This document shows, in pieces, positions 47,896 to 60,900 of a stretch of DNA of 64,000 bases (its first letter is position 1; the number at the start of each line of letters is the position of its first letter). The DNA is taken from contig CM082597.2 of assembly GCA_040954595.2 (NCBI GenBank), forward strand, positions 8,773,778 through 8,837,777, written 5' to 3'. This DNA is from Balanoglossus misakiensis (taxonomy: Eukaryota; Animalia; Hemichordata). The notes below the pieces were generated by a model. It was not told where the DNA came from and searched no databases. It was given only the letters and a program-made list of their open reading frames with translations. Made by a program: the position numbers and the translations under genes.

Positions 47896-50800
47896 GGCGT
47901 TTTATTGAATTACGCTGAGTTTGGATTGACTACTGTGTTACCACTGAAATTTCTCATAGCAATGTTCTTTCAATTTCGAGTCTTTGCAATGTTGTTGACT
48001 CCGACCATATTCCTGTTTCAATAGAGGTTCATTTCAACACTTCTGCTGATGAAAGCTTCAGCAGTAGTTCCTTCAAGCAATGTAATTTTCGAGTTGATTG
48101 GAAAAAATTGTCACAGCAGAATATATCCGCCTACACCGGTTGTACCAAAGCCAAGATTGATAAGATTAATTTATCCGAAGAGTTATTCTGCACTAATGTG
48201 AACTGTACAGACCCTTCGCATTTACAGGCAATTGATACTTGTTATAGTAGTATTGTGGACGCATTGAATTGTGCTGCAAAAGATACCATTAGACGTAAGT
48301 TTCACCAGAAAGTTCATGTTGTGCCTGGCTGGAACGATTTTGTAAAAGAAAGTCACGACTATGCCCGTTCCATGTTTTTATTATGGGTTAATGTGGGTAA
48401 ACCTAAACAAGGCCCGCTTTTTGAAACCATGAAATCTTCCAGAGCTCGTTTTTAGTATGCTTTACGTGCTTGTAAAAAGATTGAGAATCAAAATAGGGCT
48501 GACAAGATGGCTGATAATTTACGCTGCCACAAACAGAACGACTTCTGGGAGGAAGTCAGAAAGCAAACTAGCAGAAAAACGCAGCTTTCTGACACTGTAG
48601 GTGGAGCGACTGGTGAGAGTGAAATTGCAATTATGTGGCACAAGCATTTCAGTGATATTTTGAATTCTGTCCAGGCTCAGACTGGTAAAAATGACATCGA
48701 GGAGAAAATGAAGTATGTTAAATTTTCTTCTGATATGTATGTTTCTGAAGACGAAGTAATTTCTGCTATACATAAGTTACCTGACGGTAAGACAGCTGGC
48801 ATTGACAATATTTTAGCTGAGCACCTCAAATTCTCAGACTCCTCTATTTTACCCTTTTTGACTTGTTGTATTAATGCAATGATTGTTCATGGTTACCTGC
48901 CAACTGAGGCTATCAATGTTAATTTAGTTCCAATTATTAAGGATAAAACTAAGCTTTGTAGTGATGCCAGTAACTACCGGCCGATAGCACTAGCAACTGT
49001 TTTCTCTAAAGTTTTTGAGCATATTTTACTTTTTCGTTGTGAGGAGTTTCTTACCTCTCATTATTTACAATTTGGTTTCAAGCGAGAACATTCAACTGAC
49101 CTGTGTTTATTTGCATTTAAAGAAATCATTAGCTACTACACCAGCAATGGAAGACCAGTGTTTACTTGTTTTCTGGATGCTTCAAAAGCTTTTGACAGAG
49201 TTAATCACTTTAAACTGGTTATAATTAACAAGCACATCGACAGGAATGTTCCCTTGTATGCTGTACGAATTTTATATTAATGGTACAGAAATCAATTGTT
49301 TACTGTGTTGTGGGGTAATGAACCCTCAGAGTTGTTTTCTGTTTCTAACGGTGTAAGACAAGGGGGGGTACTCTCTCCCTATCTTTTTAATGTCTACATT
49401 GATGATATTATCAATGCACTCTGTAAAGCCAAAGTTGGCTGTACCATGTGTGGTGTCAGCGCTAACACTTTAGGTTACGCTGACGACATGACTCTACTCA
49501 GTCCAAGTATTAAGGGTCTACGCCGTCTTCTTAGAATTTGTGAAATTTATGGCAAGGATTATGATATCATTTATAATTCTAGTAAAACTGTGTGCATGCT
49601 TTTTAATGGGAAGAATATGAGCGTTCAAAGAATTCCTTCGGTTAAACTTAATGACATCACTTTAAAGTTTGTACCTGTACACACCTATCTGGGCCATGTT
49701 ATATCTTGTGATGGTTGTGATAATGAAGATATTGAACGACAGAGAAGAGCATTTTGTGTAAGAGCAAACATGCTATTGAGACATTTTCAACATTGTAGTC
49801 AAGATGTGAAGAAAGTTTTATTTTTGGCATATTGTAGTAATATTTACTGTTGCAGTTTGTGGGCATCCTTTAAAGTTAAACCGATGAAAAAATTTAAAAC
49901 TATGTACAATAATGTTTGGAGAAGATTTTACGGTCTTCCGCCATTTTGCTGTGCATCGGGTATGTTTGCTACAAACCATGTACATGTATTGTCACTTGGT
50001 GAAGTTTTTAGACGCAATATGTACAGTTTTAAGATGGGTCCCTGGGATCTTTTTGCTCGTTGCTATGGGCCTTTATAGGACATTACACCCCGATTTGGAC
50101 TAAGCCGTTTTCAGAGTCTAACAAGGGGCTGGTAACTAGTTGAAAATCTGCACGATTGTGTGCACACCCCCTGTCCGAGTATGTTTACGGCAGCTACCAC
50201 CCGGCCATAGGCCGCCACGCTAATACGGCAAAGCAGCGGTCAGCGATAGCGTGCGCGTCCTGTAACCACAGTAACTGGATCGAACGCTAAAAATCCAATG
50301 TTTTGTACACAGAGATTTTGTACCGTTCACGAAAATCCCTAAGGCTTTTTTCATAGGCCACGTACGCCAGTCAAATTTGACCTGCTTGTTGAGAACGCAC
50401 TTCCGCACAGTGTGACGGATCGTTTTTTCGGTTTTCGTCGTGCTAAGAAGCGATACCGGTGGAAGAGTGCGTCCAAAAACACCCAAAATCGATGACTTTT
50501 TCAGGTGTGGTACGGGTATGCTGAAATCTTAGGATACAACGATAATATTCGAAAACAAAATCCGTCACGATCTTCCCTGGTTCAAGCAACTAATGAATAC
50601 GTATCAAGTTCGTTTTTGAGGTCACGGAATAAAAAGCCTTAGGCTTTTGAAATTTGACCTAGCTAATTTTCATATCAATGGCGTCAGGGGGCGCGCGCTC
50701 ACAATCGTGCAGATTTTCAACTAGTTACCAGCCCCTTGTTAGACTCTGAAAACGGCTTAGTCCAAATCGGGGTGTAATGTCCTATAAAGGCCCATAGCAA

Positions 50801-51054
50801 CGAGCAAAAAGATCCCAGGGACCCATCTTAAGCGTAGACTCGAAAATTCTTCTAATGTTTTACTTGATGCGATCTGTTCATCAGATAGAGCGACTGACAG
50901 CATATTTTTCAAACATTGGCGAAAGCAATTGTATATCATGTAAGTTTTTTTGTGTGTGTGTCTCAGTGTCAGATTATTATTATTGTTTTTTTTTCTTCTC
51001 TCTTTTGGGTATATGGACTTTTTTTAAAGTCTGAAATAAAGAATTATTATTATT
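47896..51054 (+). mobile_element. 5'-truncated non-LTR retrotransposon (APE + RT ORF2; RTEX-like, tentative clade), interrupted by a MITE
   Basis: One reading frame runs from WIDY (47922) and SDH (APE C-terminus) through NYRPIAL, QFGF, FLDASKAFD, GVRQGGVLSPYLFNVY and YADD (49476), with stops at 48453 and 49278. After removing the MITE the frame continues to TAA 50941-50943, then AATAAA (~51035) and an (ATT)n tail. Candidate TSD TGTTAG at 47890-47895 and 51055-51060. Confidence 0.92.
50033..50827. mobile_element. 795-bp MITE with ~128-bp near-perfect TIRs and TTAA TSD (Kolobok-type termini), inserted in the LINE
   Basis: TTAA(50029-32)-GATGGGTCCCTGGGATC...GATCCCAGGGACCCATC-TTAA(50828-31); excision restores ...MYSFKRRLENSSN... 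Confidence 0.95.
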
Positions 51055-51374
51055 TGTTAGCTGTTGCCATTCAAATGTGTCTACGCAAACCCGGCTACAC
51101 TGGCAGTGGGCTTTGACTCTAAGTCGCTAATGTTGTGGGAGGTTTCATTAGCATTGTAGTCACATGTAGTGGATAGTAGTTTGGGAAATTGCCTGAAATA
51201 CGTCAGCAGACCAGTGATTTTCTTGCACGAAGGGAGTATGGTACCAGCAATAATCAGAGATCAGGCTTCGTTGCCGTTCAAAAGTTCCTACTTCAGTCGT
51301 GATGTTGCAACTGGACGTTCAGTATGGGGGTCGGCCCGCAGGTGGCCGTGTGGGTTATCAGGTCGCCCGTAACG

Positions 51375-51933
51375 GCACGCAGCTACATGCAGCTGTATGG
51401 GACCAAAATAATACACCCGATTTGGGGGTCACCTGTGACACCTGCGTAACTCAATAATTATGTGCATGCGTAATTGTGGGGTCAATGAAAGGGGTGGTAG
51501 CGTGGTATTTGTTGCACATGGATCAATATGAAGTCCGATTTTCCCGTCAAGTTGTGGGCGACCTTATGTGACCTTTCACCTACTTTTGCTTAGTGAGCAT
51601 CTACAGAAGATGCATGCAGCTTTGGCTTGGGGGGGGGGGGGGGCATATACGGATGGGACCATAATGATATACCAAAGGCGGGGTCACCTGTTGCACCTGC
51701 CTAAGTCATTGATTTTGTACATTTAATTGGACACTAACCAACAGGGCGATAGGTGTGGTTTTTGTTCCACAGGGACGAATGTAAGTGTCAGTTGGTTTTT
51801 GCCCAAATGTATAAGGTGATTTTGATGACCTCTGTCATACAGTGCCATATCTCATCCCGTTGTACAGGTGCAGCTTTGGAGGGATGAAACTATCATGAAA
51901 TGCCAAATACAGGGGGATACCTTTGACACCTGC
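51375..51933 (+). repeat. Three highly diverged ~250-bp subrepeats leading directly into the 78-bp satellite
   Basis: atgcagct...gggacca...gggg(t)cacct.tgacacctgc recurs ending near 51445, 51700 and 51932. Confidence 0.55.
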
Positions 51934-54900
51934 CATGATTTTTTTCAAAAATCGACGAAATTTTGAGATTTTGCAAAGTCGAAAATTTGTCAGTTTTTGA
52001 TGATTTTCACCCGTCTTTTTTCAAAAATCGACGAAATTTTGAGATTTTGCAAAAGAGGAAAATTTGTCATTTTTTTGATGATTTTCAACAATTTTTTTAA
52101 AAAATCGACGAAAATTTGAGATTTTGCAGTAAAAAATTTGTAATTTTTTGATGATTTTCACCGATGATTTTTTTCAAAATTGACGAAATTTTGAGATTTT
52201 GCAGTCGAAAATTTGTAATTTTTTGATGATTTTCCCCCATGATTTTTTTCAAAAATCGACGAAATTTTGAGATTTTGCAAAGTCGAAAATTTGTCATTTT
52301 TTGATGATTTTCACCCATGATTTTCTTCAAAAATCGACGAAATTTTGAGATTTTGCAAAGTCGAAAATTTGTCATTTTTTGATGATTTTCACCCAATGTT
52401 TTTTTTTCAAAAATGGACGAACCCATGATTTTTTTCAAAATCGACGAAATTTTGAGATTTTGCAAAGTCGAAAATTTGTCATTGTCATGATGATTTTCAA
52501 CCATGATTTTTTTTCAAAAATTGACGAAATTTTGAGATTTTGCAAAGAGGAAAATTTGTCATTTTGTGATGATTTTCAACAATGATTTTTTTTCAAAAAT
52601 CGACGAAATTTTGAGATTTTGCAGTCAAAAATTTGTCATTTTTTGATGATTTTCAACAATTTTTTTAAAAAATCGACGAAAATTTGAGATTTTGCAGTAA
52701 AAAATTTGTCATTTTTTGATGATTTTCACCCATGATTTTTTCAAAATTGGCAAAATTTTGAGATTTTGCAAAGTCGAAAATTTGTCATTTTTTGATGATT
52801 TTCACCCATGATTTTTTTTCACAAATCGACGAAATTTTGAGATTTTGTAGTCGTAAATTTGTCATTTTTTGATGATTTTCCCCCATGATTTTTTTCAAAA
52901 ATCAACGAAATTTTGAGATTTTGCAAAGTCGAAAATTTGTCATTTTTAGATGATTTTCACCCGTCTTTTTTCAAAAAATCGACGAAATTTTGAGATTTTG
53001 CAAAGAGGAAAATTTGTCATTTTTTGATAATTTTCAACAATGATTTATTTCAAAAATCGACGAAATTTTGAGATTTTGCTGTCGAAAATTTGTCATTTTT
53101 TGATGATTTTCCCCCATGATTTTTTTCAAAAATCGACGAAATTTTGAGATTTTGCAAAGTTGAAAATTTTTCAAAAATCGACGAAATTTATAGATTTTGC
53201 AAAGAGGAAAATTTGTCATTTTTTGATGATTTTCACCCATGATTTTTTTCAAAATTGACGAAATTTTGAGTCTTTGCAGTCGAAAATTTGTCATTTTTTG
53301 ATGATTTTCACCCGTTTTTTTTTCAAAAATCGACGAAATTTTGAAATTTTGCAGTCGAAAATTTGTCATTTTTTGATCATTTTCCCCATGATTTTTTTCA
53401 AAAATCGACGAAATTTTGAGATTTTGCAAAGTCGAAAATTTGTCATTTTTTGATGATTTTCACCCTTGATTTTCTTCAAAAATCGACGAAATTTTGAGAT
53501 TTTGCAAAGTCGAAAATTTGTCATTTTTTGATGATTTTCACCCATGATTTTTTTCAAAAATCGATGAAATTTTGAGATTTTGCAGTAAAAAAATTGTCAT
53601 TATTTGATGATTTTCGACCATGATTTTTTTCAAAATTGACGAAATTTTGAGATTTTGCAGTCGAAAATTTGTCATTTTTTGATCATTTTCCCCCATGATT
53701 TTTTTCAAAAATCGACGAAATTTTCAGATTTTGCAAAGTCGAAAATTTGTCATTTTTTCATGATTTTCACCCATGATTTTTTCAAAAATCGACGAAATTT
53801 TGAGATTTTGCAAAGTCGAAAATTTGTCATTTTTTGATGATTTTCACCCATGTCTTTTTTAAAAAATCGACGAAAATTTGAGATTTTGCAAAGAGGAAAA
53901 TTTGTCATTTTGTGATGATTTTCAACAATGATTTTTTTTCAAAAATCGACGAAATTTTGAGATTTTGCAGTCAAAAATTTGTCATTTTTTGATGATTTTC
54001 AACAATTTTTTTAAAAAATCGACGAAAATTTGAGATTTTGCAGTAAAAAATTTGTCATTTTTTGATGATTTTCACCCATGATTTTTTCAAAATTGGCAAA
54101 ATTTTGAGATTTTGCAAAGTCGAAAATTTGTCATTTTTTGATGATTTTCACCCATGATTTTTTTTCACAAATCGACGAAATTTTGAGATTTTGTAGTCGT
54201 AAATTTGTCATTTTTTGATGATTTTCCCCCATGATTTTTTTCAAAAATCAACGAAATTTTGAGATTTTGCAAAGTCGAAAATTTGTCATTTTTAGATGAT
54301 TTTCACCCGTCTTTTTTAAAAAAATCGACGAAATTTTGAGATTTTGCAAAGAGGAAAATTTGTCATTTTTTGATAATTTTCAACAATGATTTATTTCAAA
54401 AATCGACGAAATTTTGAGATTTTGCTGTCGAAAATTTGTCATTTTTTGATGATTTTCCCCCATGATTTTTTTCAAAAATCGACGAAATTTTGAGATTTTG
54501 CAAAGTTGAAAATTTTTCAAAAATCGACGAAATTTATAGATTTTGCAAAGAGGAAAATTTGTCATTTTTTGATGATTTTCACCCATGATTTTTTTCAAAA
54601 TTGACGAAATTTTGAGTCTTTGCAGTCGAAAATTTGTCATTTTTTGATGATTTTCACCCGTTTTTTTTTCAAAAATCGACGAAATTTTGAAATTTTGCAG
54701 TCGAAAATTTGTCATTTTTTGATCATTTTCCCCATGATTTTTTTCAAAAATCGACGAAATTTTGAGATTTTGCAAAGTCGAAAATTTGTCATTTTTTGAT
54801 GATTTTCACCCTTGATTTTCTTCAAAAATCGACGAAATTTTGAGATTTTGCAAAGTCGAAAATTTGTCATTTTTTGATGATTTTCACCCATGATTTTTTT

Positions 54901-57900
54901 CAAAAATCGATGAAACTTTGAGATTTTGCAGTAAAAAAATTGTCATTATTTGATGATTTTCGACCATGATTTTTTTCAAAATTGACGAAATTTTGAGATT
55001 TTGCAGTCGAAAATTTGTCATTTTTTGATCATTTTCCCCCATGATTTTTTTCAAAAATCGACGAAATTTTCAGATTTTGCAAAGTCGAAAATTTGTCATT
55101 TTTTCATGATTTTCACCCATGATTTTTTCAAAAATCGACGAAATTTTGAGATTTTGCAAAGTCGAAAATTTGTCATTTTTTGATGATTTTCACCCATGTC
55201 TTTTTTAAAAAATCGACGAAAATTTGAGATTTTGCAAAGAGGAAAATTTGTCATTTTTTGATGATTTTCAACAATGATTTTTTTTCAAAAATCGACGAAA
55301 TTTTGAGATTTTGCAGTCAAAAATTTGTCATTTTTTGATGATTTTCAACAATTTTTTTAAAAAATCGACGAAAATTTGAGATTTTGCAGTAAAAAATTTG
55401 TCATTTTTTGATGATTTTCACCCATGATTTTTTCAAAATTGGCAAAATTTTGAGATTTTGCAAAGTCGAAAATTTGTCATTTTTTGATGATTTTCACCCA
55501 TGATTTTTTTTCACAAATCGACGAAATTTTGAGATTTTGTAGTCGTAAATTTGTCATTTTTTGATGATTTTCCCCCATGATTTTTTTCAAAAATCAACGA
55601 AATTTTGAGATTTTGCAAAGTCGAAAATTTGTCATTTTTAGATGATTTTCACCCGTCTTTTTTCAAAAAATCGACGAAATTTTGAGATTGTGCAAAGAGG
55701 AAAATTTGTCATTTTTTGATAATTTTCAACAATGATTTATTTCAAAAATCGACGAAATTTTGAGATTTTGCAGTCGAAAATTTGTCATTTTTTGATGATT
55801 TTCCCCCATGATTTTTTTCTAAAATCGACGAAATTTTGAGATTTTGCAAAGTTGAAAATTTTTCAAAAATCGACGAAATTTATAGATTTTGCAAAGAGGA
55901 AAATTTGTCATTTTTTGATGATTTTCACCCGTTTTTTTTTCAAAAATCGACGAAATTTTGAGATTTTGCAAAAGAGGAAAATTTGTCATTTTTTTGATGA
56001 TTTTCAACAATTTTTTTAAAAAATCGACGAAAATTTGAGATTTTGCAGTAAAAAATTTGTAATTTTTTGATGATTTTCACCGATGATTTTTTTCAAAATT
56101 GACGAAATTTTGAGATTTTGCAGTCGAAAATTTGTAATTTTTTGATGATTTTCCCCCATGATTTTTTTCAAAAATCGACGAAATTTTGAGATTTTGCAAA
56201 GTCGAAAATTTGTCATTTTTTGATGATTTTCACCCATGATTTTCTTCAAAAATCGACGAAATTTTGAGATTTTGCAAAGTCGAAAATTTGTCATTTTTTG
56301 ATGATTTTCACCCAATGTTTTTTTTTCAAAAATGGACGAACCCATGATTTTTTTCAAAAATCGACGAAATTTTGAGATTTTGCAAAGTCGAAAATTTGTC
56401 ATTTTTTGATGATTTTCACCCATGATTTTCTTCAAAAATCGACGAAATTTTGAGATTTTGCAAAGTCGAAAATTTGTCATTTTTTGATGATTTTCACCCA
56501 TGTCTTTTTTAAAAAATCGACGAAAATTTGAGATTTTGCAAAGAGGAAAATTTGTCATTTTTTGATGATTTTCAACAATGATTTTTTTTCAAAAATCGAC
56601 GAAATTTTGAGATTTTGCAGTCAAAAATTTGTCATTTTTTGATGATTTTCAACAATTTTTTTAAAAAATCGACGAAAATTTGAGATTTTGCAGTAAAAAA
56701 TTTGTCATTTTTTGATGATTTTCACCCATGATTTTTTCAAAATTGGCAAAATTTTGAGATTTTGCAAAGTCGAAAATTTGTCATTTTTTGATGATTTTCA
56801 CCCATGATTTTTTTTCACAAATCGACGAAATTTTGAGATTTTGTAGTCGTAAATTTGTCATTTTTTGATGATTTTCCCCCATGATTTTTTTCAAAAATCA
56901 ACGAAATTTTGAGATTTTGCAAAGTCGAAAATTTGTCATTTTTAGATGATTTTCACCCGTCTTTTTTCAAAAAATCGACGAAATTTTGAGATTGTGCAAA
57001 GAGGAAAATTTGTCATTTTTTGATAATTTTCAACAATGATTTATTTCAAAAATCGACGAAATTTTGAGATTTTGCAGTCGAAAATTTGTCATTTTTTGAT
57101 GATTTTCCCCCATGATTTTTTTTCTAAAATCGACGAAATTTTGAGATTTTGCAAAGTTGAAAATTGTTCAAAAATCGACGAAATTTATAGATTTTGCAAA
57201 GAGGAAAATTTGTCATTTTTTGATGATTTTCACCCGTTTTTTTTTCAAAAATCGACGAAATTTTGAGATTTTGCAGTCGAAAATTTGTCATTTTTTGATG
57301 ATTTTCACCCATGATTTTTTCAAAATTGACGAAATTTTGAAATTTTGCAGTCGAAAATTTGTCGTTTTTTGATCATTTTCCCCATGATTTTTTTCAAAAA
57401 TCGACGAAATTTTGAGATTTTGCAAAGTCGAAAATTTGTCATTTTTTGATGATTTTCACCCATGATTTTCTTCAAAAATCGACGAAATTTTGAGATTTTG
57501 CAAAGTCGAAAATTTGTCATTTTTTGATGATTTTCACCCAATGTTTTTTTTTCAAAAATGGACGAACCCATGATTTTTTCAAAAATCGACGAAATTTTGA
57601 GATTTTGCAAAGTCGAAAATTTGTCATTTTTTGATGATTTTCACCCATGTCTTTTTTCAAAAATCGACGAAAATTTGAGATTTTGCAAAGAGGAAAATTT
57701 GTCATTTTTTGATGATTTTCAACAATGATTTTTTTTCAAAAATCGACGAAATTTTGAGATTTTGCAGTCAAAAATTTGTCATTTTTTGATGATTTTCAAC
57801 AATTTTTTTAAAAAATCGACGAAAATTTGAGATTTTGCAAAGTCGAAAATTTGTCATTTTTTGATGATTTTCACCCAATGTTTTTTTTTCAAAAATGGAC

Positions 57901-60900
57901 GAACCCATGATTTTTTCAAAAATCGACGAAATTTTGAGATTTTGCAAAGTCGAAAATTTGTCATTTATTGATGATTTTCACCCATGTCTTTTTTCAAAAA
58001 TCGACGAAAATTTGAGATTTTGCAAAGAGGAAAATTTGTCATTTTTTGATGATTTTCAACAATGATTTTTTTTCAAAAATCGACGAAATTTTGAGATTTT
58101 GCAGTCAAAAATTTGTCATTTTTTGATGATTTTCAACAATTTTTTTAAAAAATCGACGAAAATTTGAGATTTTGCAGTAAAAAATTTGTCATTTTTTGAT
58201 GATTTTCACCCATGATTTTTTCAAAATTGGCAAAATTTTGAGATTTTGCAAAGTCGAAAATTTGTCATTTTTTGATGATTTTCACCCATGATTTTTTTTC
58301 ACAAATCGACGAAATTTTGAGTCTTTGCAGTCGAAAATTTGTCATTTTTTGATGATTTTCCCCCATGATTTTTTTCAAAAATCAACGAAATTTTGAGATT
58401 TTGCAAAGTCGAAAATTTGTCATTTTTAGATGATTTTCACCCGTCTTTTTTCAAAAAATCGACGAAATTTTGAGATTTTGCAAAGAGGAAAATTTGTCAT
58501 TTTTTGATAATTTTCAACAATGATTTATTTCAAAAATCGACGAAATTTTGAGATTTTGCAGTCGAAAATTTGTCATTTTTTGATGATTTTCCCCCATGAT
58601 TTTTTTCTAAAATCGACGAAATTTTGAGATTTTGCAAAGTCGACGAAAATGTGTCATTTTTTGATGATTTTCACCCGTTTTTTTTCAAAAATCGACGAAA
58701 TTTTGAGATTTTGCAAAATCGAAAATTTGTCATTTTTTGATGATTTTCCCCCATGATTTTTTTTTAAAAATGGACGAAATTTTGAGATTTTGCAAAGACG
58801 AAAATTTGTCATTTTTGATGATTTTTACCCATGATTTTTTTTTCAAAAATGGACGAAATTTTGAGATTTTGCAAAGACGAAAAATTTTCATTTTTTGATG
58901 ATTTTCACCCATGATTTTTTTTCAAAAATCGACGAAATTTTGAGATTTTGCAAAGTCGTAAATGTGTCATTTTTTGATCATTTTCACCCGTTTTTTTTTC
59001 AAAATTTGTCATTTTTTTAATGATTTTCACCCATGATATTTTTCAAAAATCGAAAAAAATTTGAGATTTTGCAAAGTCGAAAATTTGTCATTTTTTGATG
59101 ATTTTCACCCATGATTTTCTTCAAAAATCGACGAAATTTTGAGATTTTGCAAAGTCGAAAATTTGTCATTTTTTGATGATTTTCACCTATGATTTTTGTC
59201 AAAAATCAACAAAATTTTGAGATTTTGCAACGTCGAAAATTTGTCATTTTTTTGATGATTTTCACCCATGATTTTTTTCAAAAATCGACGAAATTTTGAG
59301 ATTTTGCAAAGTCGAAAATTTGTCATTTTTTGATGATTTTCACCGATGATTTTTTTCAACAATCGAAAAAATTTTGAGATTTTGCAAAGTCGAAAATGTG
59401 TCATTTTTTGATGATTTTCACCCGTTTTTTTTTCAAAATTTGTCATTTTTTGATGATTTTCACCAATGATATTTTTCAAAAATCGAAAAAATTTTGAGAT
59501 TTTGCAAAGTCGAAAATTTGTCATTTTTTGATGATTTTCACCCATGATTTTCTTCAAAAATCGACGAAATTTTGAGATTTTGCAAAGTCGAAAATTTGTC
59601 ATTTTTTGATGATTTTCACCTATGATTTTTTTCAAAAATCAACAAAATTTTGAGATTTTGCTACGTCGAAAATTTGTCATTTTTTTGATGATTTTCACCC
59701 ATGATTTTTTTCAAAAATCGACGAAATTTTGAGATTTTGCAAAGTCGAAAATTTTCTCATTTTTTGATGATTTTCACCGATGATTTTTTTCAACAATCGA
59801 AAAAATTTTGAGATTTTGCAAAGTCGAAAATTTGTCATTTTTTGATGATTTTCACCCATGATTTTCTTCAAAAATCGACGAAATTTTGAGATTTTGCAAA
59901 GTCGAAAATTTTGTCATTTTTTGATGATTTTCAACCATGATTTTTTTCAAAAATCGACGAAAATTTGAGATTTTGCAAAGATGAAAATTTGTCATTTTTG
60001 ATGATTTTTACCCATAATTTTTTTTCAGAAATGGACAAAATTTGAGATTTTGCAAAGACGAAAATTTGTCATTTTTTGATGATTTTCACCCATGATTTTT
60101 TTTCAAAAATCGACGAAATTTTGAGATTTTGCAAAGTCGAAAATGTGTCATTTTTTGATGATTTTCACCCGTTTTTTTTTCAAAATTTGTCATTTTTTGA
60201 TGATTTTTACCCATGATTTTTTTTCAAAAATGGACGAAATTTTGAGATTTTGCAAAGTCGAAAATTTGTTATTTATTGATGATTTTCACCCATGTCTTTT
60301 TTTAAAAATCGACGAAATTTTGAGATTTTGCAAAGTCGAAAATTTGTCATTTTTTCATGATTTTCCCCCATGATTTTTTTCAAAACTCGACGAAATTTTG
60401 AGATTTTGCAAAGATGAAAATTTGTCATTTTTGATGATTTTTACCCATAATTTTGTTTCAGAAATGGACGACATTTTGAGATTTTGCAAAGACGAATATT
60501 TGTCATTTTTTGATGATTTTCACCCATGATTTTTTTTCAAAAATCGACGAAATTTTGAGATTTTGCATAGTCGAAAATGTGTCATTTTTTGATGATTTTC
60601 ACCCGTTTTCTTTTCAAAATTTGTCATTTTTTGATGATTTTTACCCATGATTTTTTCTCAAAAATCGACGAAAATTTGAGATTTTGCAAAGAGGAAAATT
60701 TGTCATTTTTTGATGATTTTCAACAATGATTTTTTTTCAAAAATCGACGAAATTTTGAGATTTTGCAGTCAAAAATTTGTCATTTTTTGATGATTTTCAA
60801 CAATTTTTTTAAAAAATCGACGAAAATTTGAGATTTTGCAGTAAAAAATTTGTCATTTTTTGATGATTTTCACCCATGATTTTTTCAAAATTGGCAAAAT

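Noticed and set aside
49912-50939. Two opposite-strand ORFs ending in the same peptide LRWVPGIFLLVAMGLYRTLHPDLD
   Set aside because: These are translations of the MITE terminal inverted repeats.
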